Below are positions 55,701 to 61,727 of a DNA stretch of 61,727 nt, in pieces. Positions within the stretch are counted from its first letter, which is position 1. Each line of letters opens with the position of its first letter. The stretch spans positions 1 to 61,727 of the IMG/VR virus record IMGVR_UViG_3300034102_002694. The stretch is one strand, 5' to 3'. The notes beneath the pieces are model-generated. The model was not told the origin of the DNA and searched no databases. It saw only the letters and a program-made list of their open reading frames with translations. The position numbers were made by a program, and so were the translations under genes. Source of the stretch: a virus. Lineage: Duplodnaviria > Caudoviricetes.

Positions 55701-58700
55701 GGGATAACTATAACTCCGATCCACTTCCTACACTAAGTTACGCTGAATTATATCCTGCGGGAATTGTTAGAACTAGTGATAAAAAGAACTCTCTTACTAA
55801 AGAATCTTTAAACTATTTCTTTGATAATAATAGAGTTGGTTATGCAATTACTGGAGCGGTAATCACCGGATCTGGAAATACAACTATTACTCTTTACACA
55901 GATATTGATCATAATTTAAATTCCATTAGGTCTCTAACATTAACAAATCCTGGATCAGGATATAACAATAATGCTGGAGTTACAAGTACAATCTACTCAG
56001 CTGAGTTAATTAATAATTTCATAACTGGAAAGAATGGTACTGCAAAAGTAACAATTTCTGTTGGAAATACTATTTCATCTGTAGAAATTGTTGATCCTGG
56101 TTCCGTGTATGGAATCGGAAATACAATGACCATCTCTGCAGATCCTGCAGGAGTTCCATCAACCTATGCGGTTGTTCAAGTTGCATCCATCAATAATAAC
56201 ATTGGCGATTCTATAGAATTAAGTGGATTCATGGAACCACTCATGAATGGGACATTCAAAATCATAGATGTTCCTTCAACTAAATCTATCGCTGTAATAA
56301 GAGAAGGTGGCCTGCCTTCATCAATTTACAGAACTAGAAATGATGAAAAGGTCCCAATTGCATACCTATCTGCAAAAGAAGTTGGAGTAAGTTCTATTAG
56401 GTTTAATGGAACCCTTGGAATTACAACAGTAATTTGTTCAGAGGGTCATGGACTTCTACCTGGCAACACATTCACATTTGTTGGTCTGGGAAATACTTAC
56501 TTCTCTAAAAAATTCGTTGTCAATGAATCTCTAGGTATCACTTCATTCACTTTTAGTTCTGGAATTACTACTACTCCTCAGACCTGGAATCAAACTGGAG
56601 TAACTGTACATAAATCTACCCTTTCAGCAAATGGAAGAGCTTTGGGATCTGGAGAAGAGAACCTTGGTGGTAGAGGTAACTTTTTATATGCTGGAATTAC
56701 CACTACATTATCGACTCCAATCACATCAACAGACACTTCTATAACATTAACAAGTTCGGCCGGATTTAAAAAAGGTGATTTTATTTCCATCAACTCAGAA
56801 ATTATTAGACTTTCTAGTGATCCAGCCGGAAATACATTTAATGTACTAAGAGGTCAGTTCTCTACAGTTACATCTTCCAGTGGTTCATCTTCAATAGTAA
56901 GAAAAATTCGTATTCTTCCAGTAGAAATTCGTAGACCATCTATCCTTCGTGCTTCTGGCCATACATTTGAATATCTCGGATATGGTCCTGGTAACTATTC
57001 AACGGGTCTGCCAGTAAAACAAGACAGAATCTTAAGTACCGATGAAAGTTTAGTTTCTCAAGCAAGAGAACAGGATGGTGGTACTGTCGTTTACACTGGT
57101 ATGAACGACAGAGGTGAATTTTATACTGGTGCTTCAAAAGTTAACGGTGCAACTGGTGAAGAAGAGACTGTTGATGCTCCCGTTGTTTCATTCTTTGGGG
57201 ATGATTTATTAACTGGTTCTGAAAAAAGAAACAGTGGTGTTTTTGATGATTTGGTTGTTAAAGAAAGAATCACTGTTGAAGGTGGTGAAAACAGCAATCA
57301 AACATCACAATTCTATGGCCCAGTTAATTTCTCACAAAAAGTAACTAGCTCTGCTGATGACGGACTCGAAACAAGAGATCTATACATCAAAGGTCTTGCA
57401 TCTCAACCTAAACTCCTAACTGTTGGTATTTCAACTCCAACAGACGCTAAGAAGACTGGAGACATCTCTTTCCTAGCTAACCCAGATCCAGCTGGTTATA
57501 TCGGTCATGTTTATGCAGATGGTGATTGGCGTCGTTGGGGTATGATCTCCCAAGATAAGAATAGAGACTATCTAAAATTAGATCAAATTGGTATAGGTCA
57601 GTCTGTTGGAGTTTATAACTTCTCAGATGCATTAGAAGTTAACGGAACTGTTAAAGTCAGAAACCTTTATGTAGGTGGTGCAGTTACATTTGCTGGTGCT
57701 CAGTCAATCGGTAATGCTTCGTTTGATACTGTTACTGTTAATAATACAACTATATTCTCTGGAGTTGGAACAAATTACACAATTAGAACAACAAATGCGA
57801 ATACAATCGCACAATTCCAAAATATAGAAGTTATTGGGACTGCTGCAACATTCACAAACGCTACAGTAAGATTTGAAAATTCATTTAACTCTGTATTCAG
57901 TGGAGTATCTACTGTTGCTGGAACTTTAGTTGTTGGTAATTTAGTTTCAAATAGTGGTGTCATTTCAGCGACAAATATGGTCGTTGACAGTTTAAATGTC
58001 AACAGGTTGTCGGTATCAACGGAAGCTTCAATACAGTCTGGTATTATTACTGCAATTAGAACTCAATATATTGGTGGTGGTGTCGGAGCTAATTTACCAT
58101 CTTTAGCATGTTTTAATATTGGTATCGTAACTTCGATCACTGGTGTTGCATGTACGATCACAACAATTAGTGGTACTAATGCGTTCATTAGTGGTATTAG
58201 AGCGAATACATCTTTTGCAACTCCACTTGCAACAATCAACACTGGTATTATTACAAACCTTGGAAGTAATGTCGCAGGAATTACAAGTGCATACGTAGTC
58301 ACTGGATTTACAACTACTGCGGTTGTTACTGGTTGGATTGGAGCTCCAACAGGTTATATTAATGTTGGTATTGTAACTACCGCACAAGTTAATATATTAC
58401 ATGGTCAAAATGGTCAAGATTTAACTGCGTTTGTTAATACTGGTATCATAACAAACCTAAGTGGTAACCCTAGTGGTGCAACTGGGGGAACACTTAGATA
58501 TCTAAATGGACAATTTGGTGGAAGTTTGCTGTTAAATGGCACTGGAAGTGGTCAAGGTATTTACGCAAATATCGGTATTGTTAGTGCATTTGGACCTGGC
58601 GCTACAAATCCATCAGCTGGAAGCATGAACATTAACTGTGGAACTTCTGGAGATATCTCCGCAAGAGTAATCACTTCCACAGTCGCAACAGGAACTTCAC

Positions 58701-59257
58701 CACTTGTCATTACATCAACAACAGAAGTTGCTAACTTAAATGCTAGTCGAGTTGGTGGAAGAACTCTTACGGGACTCTTGAGAGGTGCAGTTGATGTATG
58801 GCAACAAAGTGATGATGCCAAAAATAGACTTTATTTTACAAACAGTGGAAAGACAATCTTCGGATCTCCATCTGCTGGATATGAATTCCAAGGAAGTTCT
58901 AATACATCAATTCTTTCAATAGACAATAGTGGAAATGTTTCTGCTACTGGAGAAATTACTGCAAGTTCTGATGAAAGAATCAAGACCAATATTAAGACAA
59001 TTGATAATGCCTTAGATAAGGTATCCGAACTTCGTGGTGTTGAATATGATCGTATTGATATTAAATCACATCAAATTGGTGTTATCGCACAAGAAGTAGA
59101 GAAAATTCTACCAGATATTGTTCATACTGATGAAAAGGGAATGAAGTCAGTTGCTTATGGTAACTTAACTGCAGTCCTGATTGAAGCAATTAAGGAACTT
59201 AAAGGTGAAATTTCCGAACTTCGTGCAGAATTGAATGAGTTAAAGGGTACTAAATAA
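52712..59257 (+). CDS. Long tail fibre with C-terminal intramolecular chaperone (peptidase S74)
   Basis: MPLSRLENFLKN N-term, PF.TIQRA..EA, SGHTFEY.G.GPGNYST, GI(I/V)T repeats, SDERIKTNI...GVIAQEVE...VAYGNL..LIEAIKEL; TAAATA upstream. Confidence 0.88.
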   Translation: MPLSRLENFLKNAEGTILYVNPSDFDATDSIENRGNSLTRPFRTIQRAVLEAARFSYLVGKNNDKIDTTTILVYPGVHYIDNRPGHSITNQSGTAQFKRYLNGSWTTSGATLSEFTLNSNFDIFDEDNDLHKYNSTEGGVVLPRGTSIVGLDLRKTKLRPMYVPDPLNNNVSATSIFKVTGTCYFTSFSIFDADPQRACYKDSTGRKVVPNYSHHKLTCFEYADGVNQVKLGSEQTSLTDLEMYYYKVSYAYGDTSGRGIPNYPVNNTSDFEPSIDEYRIVGDLRADPIGITSIKSGNGIVPSTTITVTTSAPHNLFKDTPVLITGITTSVDEYNGSFLVSDVTSETEFKYVAPATPVIALPTSGQILNARTIVESDSVSSASPYIFSCTLRSVYGMNGLHADGSKATGFKSMLTAQFTGISLQKDDNAFLLYDAETGIYNENLTVDDSDKPLHTNSRAIYRPGWENFHMKCSNNSILQCVSIFAIGFARHFVAESGGDQSITNSNSNFGAVSLEAVGFRPESFDRDDVGYITHVIPPRELTFRETNVTWLPLDVNKIISAGNTARLYISGYDSADISPPSQIDSYRIGAKENEELYLSVIIGSQQNNFKAPILMQVPSGIGTSSKKVYTVGRNSGINSITSNILTLQSNHQFFNGEKIRVLSDNGDLPENLSPDKIYYVSISGLSANQIRLSSTLNDANSGNTISGISNGGGRLEVISYVSDKRPGDVGHPIQYDSTVSNWYIQSTPVTVFNTIYNGIVGIGSTTLGNQTGSTFITRRIDNRGLDDRIYKFRYVIPKEFVDARPPTDGFVLQESKSVGISSVSYLTSVLTDVTQLRNPKIIKTITYSSGSAFIKTELPHNLVIGDTVKISNVVSSAQTVASYNGSFEVISITNSKEFSIGGFDANPGTFLNQTNQRSTQQQIEALPTIQKEKSRDSIYIYRSQEVKPFIPGAGGQDGIYNIIALSGSIRPNSNVGFGLSNTNFNQDVRNLYPQIDRDNYNSDPLPTLSYAELYPAGIVRTSDKKNSLTKESLNYFFDNNRVGYAITGAVITGSGNTTITLYTDIDHNLNSIRSLTLTNPGSGYNNNAGVTSTIYSAELINNFITGKNGTAKVTISVGNTISSVEIVDPGSVYGIGNTMTISADPAGVPSTYAVVQVASINNNIGDSIELSGFMEPLMNGTFKIIDVPSTKSIAVIREGGLPSSIYRTRNDEKVPIAYLSAKEVGVSSIRFNGTLGITTVICSEGHGLLPGNTFTFVGLGNTYFSKKFVVNESLGITSFTFSSGITTTPQTWNQTGVTVHKSTLSANGRALGSGEENLGGRGNFLYAGITTTLSTPITSTDTSITLTSSAGFKKGDFISINSEIIRLSSDPAGNTFNVLRGQFSTVTSSSGSSSIVRKIRILPVEIRRPSILRASGHTFEYLGYGPGNYSTGLPVKQDRILSTDESLVSQAREQDGGTVVYTGMNDRGEFYTGASKVNGATGEEETVDAPVVSFFGDDLLTGSEKRNSGVFDDLVVKERITVEGGENSNQTSQFYGPVNFSQKVTSSADDGLETRDLYIKGLASQPKLLTVGISTPTDAKKTGDISFLANPDPAGYIGHVYADGDWRRWGMISQDKNRDYLKLDQIGIGQSVGVYNFSDALEVNGTVKVRNLYVGGAVTFAGAQSIGNASFDTVTVNNTTIFSGVGTNYTIRTTNANTIAQFQNIEVIGTAATFTNATVRFENSFNSVFSGVSTVAGTLVVGNLVSNSGVISATNMVVDSLNVNRLSVSTEASIQSGIITAIRTQYIGGGVGANLPSLACFNIGIVTSITGVACTITTISGTNAFISGIRANTSFATPLATINTGIITNLGSNVAGITSAYVVTGFTTTAVVTGWIGAPTGYINVGIVTTAQVNILHGQNGQDLTAFVNTGIITNLSGNPSGATGGTLRYLNGQFGGSLLLNGTGSGQGIYANIGIVSAFGPGATNPSAGSMNINCGTSGDISARVITSTVATGTSPLVITSTTEVANLNASRVGGRTLTGLLRGAVDVWQQSDDAKNRLYFTNSGKTIFGSPSAGYEFQGSSNTSILSIDNSGNVSATGEITASSDERIKTNIKTIDNALDKVSELRGVEYDRIDIKSHQIGVIAQEVEKILPDIVHTDEKGMKSVAYGNLTAVLIEAIKELKGEISELRAELNELKGTK

Positions 59258-59286
59258 ATCGTTAGAGTTAATTAACGTTGAAATTT

Positions 59287-59448
59287 ATGACTGAAAAAGC
59301 AGAAAAAATGACTACTCAACTTACAGAAAGAGCTGAAAGTTTAAGAGAAGAACTCATCGAACTCGAAAGACAATTTAATATGAAAAAAGAAGAGTTCTTT
59401 AAAGTACAAGGAGCTCTAGAAGCAATTCAAGCTATGTCTCAGGATTGA
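59287..59448 (+). CDS. Small coiled-coil protein (53 aa)
   Basis: Read manually: ...LREELIELERQFNMKKEEFFKVQGALEAI. Confidence 0.55.
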   Translation: MTEKAEKMTTQLTERAESLREELIELERQFNMKKEEFFKVQGALEAIQAMSQD

Positions 59449-59477
59449 AAACCCACAGAGTTATTATAAGAAGAATC

Positions 59478-59513
59478 AAGGGGCTTTGTCAAGATTGACA
59501 ATTCCCCTTTTTT
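59478..59513 (+). terminator. Probable terminator hairpin overlapping a TTGACA
   Basis: AAGGGG..TTGTCAA-ga-TTGACAA..CCCCTT plus T-run. Confidence 0.5.
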
Positions 59514-59542
59514 AATGTATAGATAAATTATTTGTTCTTACC

Positions 59543-59818
59543 ATGACTGATCAGACGCCAGAATTCATAGATCCCAAAGAATATCCAGATTTTTGGGAAC
59601 AAATGAAAAACTTTAAAGAATTTGCAACATCTGTTGGACAGAATGTTGTCGAAGGTGATGGAATTTTTGTTTCCGAACAAAAAATTAATGATAGAGAAAA
59701 GATCTGTAATGATTGCTCTCAATTTAACAGAGAGAGTAAAAAATGTTATCTTTGTGGTTGTTACATGTTGGTTAAATGGAAATTCAAAGCTGCATCATGT
59801 CCTATAGAGTTGTGGTAA
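59543..59818 (+). CDS. Zn-binding protein (DUF6171-like)
   Basis: R..IC..C......C..CGC....K......CP...W. Confidence 0.7.
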   Translation: MTDQTPEFIDPKEYPDFWEQMKNFKEFATSVGQNVVEGDGIFVSEQKINDREKICNDCSQFNRESKKCYLCGCYMLVKWKFKAASCPIELW

Positions 59819-59821
59819 CTC

Positions 59822-59850
59822 TTGACAGAGTACTAAATATCTGATATTCT
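59822..59850 (+). promoter_or_regulatory. Dual early/late promoter
   Basis: TTGACA-17-TATTCT with TAAATA in the spacer. Confidence 0.55.
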
Positions 59851-59862
59851 GACATCAACCCC

Positions 59863-60261
59863 ATGAAACCAATGAAAAAACTGTTCCTACTTCCACTAGC
59901 AGTATCATTGTTTTCGGTGCCAGTTCAGGCTCAACAGGTAAATGATTATCAGACCTGCACAAAGTATCGTGAGGTTTATAATCCTGGTTACTATGATAGG
60001 TACGGAAATTATGTTCAAGGAAACGTTTCAACGCAATCTTACCAGACCCCTTGTGGAGTTGGACCCATCAATTATCGGCCACTCGGAAATGGCTATAATG
60101 GGAATAATTATTATGGTCGCGGTTATTGTAATCCTACGCAGAGCGCACTAGGCGCACTTCTAGGAGGCGGTGTGGGTGCTGCACTATCAAGAGGTGATGG
60201 AAGGTGGTGGGCGGTGCCTGTGGGTGCGGCCGTAGGCGGTGCAATATTTGGATGCAACTAA
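59863..60261 (+). CDS. Secreted glycine-zipper protein
   Basis: Signal peptide MKKLFLLPLAVSLFSVPVQA; C-term LGALLGGGVGAAL..G.G.W.AVPVGAAVGG. Confidence 0.75.
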   Translation: MKPMKKLFLLPLAVSLFSVPVQAQQVNDYQTCTKYREVYNPGYYDRYGNYVQGNVSTQSYQTPCGVGPINYRPLGNGYNGNNYYGRGYCNPTQSALGALLGGGVGAALSRGDGRWWAVPVGAAVGGAIFGCN

Positions 60262-60262
60262 A

Positions 60263-60559
60263 ATGAACCTAATTAAATTTAATCATCGTAAGGATTTTGG
60301 TGATGATTGGTATGTCCAAATCTTAAACACTGGAAAACATTTTCCTAAGATATTTAAGGATAGGTCACTTCTTCAAGTTTCTGTAGGTTGGAATGACTAT
60401 CCTGGATGGCCTTATCTTCAAATTACATTAGGTGGTAATGGCCTTTTGAGTATACTGTTTTGGGTATATAAGTTTGGGCTTGATATTGATTTCTGCAGTC
60501 GTACTTGGAACTTTGATCATTTGGAGAAACTAGATGAAGACGAAACTGAACTGGTTTGA
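60263..60559 (+). CDS. Hypothetical protein
   Basis: DFG.DWYVQ.L...SLLQ.SV.W..YP..PYLQI. Confidence 0.65.
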   Translation: MNLIKFNHRKDFGDDWYVQILNTGKHFPKIFKDRSLLQVSVGWNDYPGWPYLQITLGGNGLLSILFWVYKFGLDIDFCSRTWNFDHLEKLDEDETELV

Positions 60560-60881
60560 ATATTATTTTGGACACTGTTTCCAGACTGGTTGGAGAGAAA
60601 TGTGGAACAACTTTAAGATGTGGAGAGATCTCATCAGTGGAAACTATGCCGATTATGCTCTACTGAGTAATGATGATCCGTATGAAGAATGTTATCAGTG
60701 GTTCTGGTGCAGTATTAATATGGATGAAACATATCCTAAGGAGTTTCTAGAATATCTGATGGAAATGTGTGACAGAATTGATCGGGGTGAAGAGAAACTG
60801 ATTCCATTGGATGAGGAATTTATGAATAGATTGCAAGACCTTGTAAAGGATGTTGAGTTGGATGATGAAGACTTTACCTGA
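60534..60881 (+). CDS. Hypothetical protein
   Basis: LNWFEY.FGHC...WFW......TYPKEFLEYL. Confidence 0.65.
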   Translation: MKTKLNWFEYYFGHCFQTGWREMWNNFKMWRDLISGNYADYALLSNDDPYEECYQWFWCSINMDETYPKEFLEYLMEMCDRIDRGEEKLIPLDEEFMNRLQDLVKDVELDDEDFT

Positions 60882-60922
60882 TAAGAGAGAACTGGATATT
60901 ATGTGGACGGTTGCCACATCGA

Positions 60923-60978
60923 CCAGTATCGAAACTGGCACAAGACCTCAGTACGGGTTCGCCCAGATGCTGTATGAT
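60923..60978 (+). promoter_or_regulatory. Second copy of the CCAST-N5-AACTGKCACA promoter motif
   Basis: Motif 60923-60942; TATGAT at 60973, same 30-nt spacing as at 50862. Confidence 0.6.
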
Positions 60979-61016
60979 TACCTTGTAGACAAAAAACCCC
61001 GCGTGGAACTTCCCAA

Positions 61017-61460
61017 ATGACTTACAAGGCATCTCTTAAAGTTCAGTTTGATTCTGAATGGACTTCCACCAATTACAGTAGTGGTTTTGATGATACGGTG
61101 CTCCCTGAAGAGCATTATACTTTTCAGGTTCCTGCCGAAGACCTTAACATTTATCAACTGTTTCGCTTCTTTGAAACTGTTGCTCGTGCAATGGGTCACA
61201 GTGAAATCAGCATTATGAAAGGTGGTTGTGGTGTTGCATTTGCTGAGGATAAAAGTGTAGAGAATATGCGTAAGGTTGCTGATGAGTTTGAACTGACTTT
61301 GGGTGAAGACCTGAAGAAGAAGTTTGATGATATGCGAGAAGCAGAAGAAGAGTGGGCACGACTTAAAAAAGGTCCGATGGGAACTGTTCTAACTGATGGA
61401 GAAAATGAGGAAAGTCAAAGTCAAACCCAAAAGCAGCAAAGCGAAGAACCGCCTTGCTAA
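61017..61460 (+). CDS. Hypothetical protein
   Basis: 147 aa ORF downstream of the promoter. Confidence 0.65.
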   Translation: MTYKASLKVQFDSEWTSTNYSSGFDDTVLPEEHYTFQVPAEDLNIYQLFRFFETVARAMGHSEISIMKGGCGVAFAEDKSVENMRKVADEFELTLGEDLKKKFDDMREAEEEWARLKKGPMGTVLTDGENEESQSQTQKQQSEEPPC

Positions 61461-61620
61461 TACAATGGAAGGTAATCCTGTTTGTATTGTAGAGCAGGAT
61501 ACTGGTGGTGAATTGTTTCTTGCCTCTGAGAATCGTAAATACTTCTTCTGGGTAAGTACAAGAACTGGCACTAATCGTTTCGGTGACAAATCTGACGCAC
61601 ATTGGGAGGTTATTGAATGA
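61405..61620 (+). CDS. Hypothetical protein
   Basis: V.PKS.KAKNRLAN.M.....C.VEQ...LFLAS.N..Y.FW. Confidence 0.65.
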   Translation: MRKVKVKPKSSKAKNRLANTMEGNPVCIVEQDTGGELFLASENRKYFFWVSTRTGTNRFGDKSDAHWEVIE

Positions 61621-61727
61621 GTTTCTCTAAAACTGTTTCTGTTTTTGCTGCTCTTGCAAGTATCTTTGCCGCTGGTGCCACTGGTTGGAAACTGGCAGAT
61701 TCGCAAAAAGAAGTTCCTTTGACTCCA
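61617..61727 (+). CDS. Partial ORF with N-terminal hydrophobic segment (runs off the window)
   Basis: MSFSKTVSVFAALASIFAAGATGWKLA...; ATGA-coupled. Confidence 0.55.
   Translation, partial: MSFSKTVSVFAALASIFAAGATGWKLADSQKEVPLTP

Noticed and set aside
47387-59257. Diversity-generating retroelement or invertible tail-fibre cassette
   Set aside because: No reverse transcriptase or invertase; the repeats are direct and their differences are not adenine-specific.
241-61706. Numerous antisense or alternate-frame ORFs in the track (e.g. 882-1205, 25122-25484, 27829-28443, 31507-31950, 45393-45866, 61389-61706)
   Set aside because: They shadow well-supported genes and have no motifs or RBS.
1-61727. 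Alternative genetic code
   Set aside because: Core genes are full length in the standard code, all three stop codons are used, and no suppressor tRNA is seen.

Overview
This window is part of a T4-like cyanomyovirus genome. It is AT-rich and looks more like a freshwater Synechococcus/Cyanobium-type phage, although that assignment is an inference. Four kinds of evidence support the phage call. (1) T4 core genes: gp33, gp59, gp32, gp53, gp48, gp2, gp4, gp54, gp26, gp51, gp5, thyX, glutaredoxin, phoH and an exonuclease. (2) Cyanophage auxiliary genes: psbD, cp12, speD. (3) T4-type late promoters (TAAATA/TATAAATA) alongside sigma70-type promoters. (4) Four tRNAs, all with U34 anticodons: Ala-UGC, Ile-UAU, Leu-UAA, Thr-UGU. 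Two things stand out. The first is a translationally coupled operon of about 11 kb (8.8-19.7 kb) that links tail-collar proteins to a tandem 2OG-Fe(II) oxygenase, five GT25 glycosyltransferase paralogs, a short DegT aminotransferase, an amidinotransferase and a NodU/CmcH carbamoyltransferase. It suggests a phage pathway that builds a guanidinylated/carbamoylated amino-sugar glycan. The second is a nitrogen-sensing module at 24.5-25.1 kb: a palindromic NtcA box, a sigma70 promoter and two tandem glutamine-riboswitch-like aptamers, the second with a complete 50-codon ORF nested in its P2 loop, followed by a YRG-motif (DUF4278-like) peptide gene. Also present are a Mom-like DNA-modification gene, a candidate small RNA, a conserved phage promoter motif, a gp53 enlarged by a propeller insertion, and many tandem paralogs with gene-conversion tracts. 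All calls come from reading motifs by eye; no searches were run.
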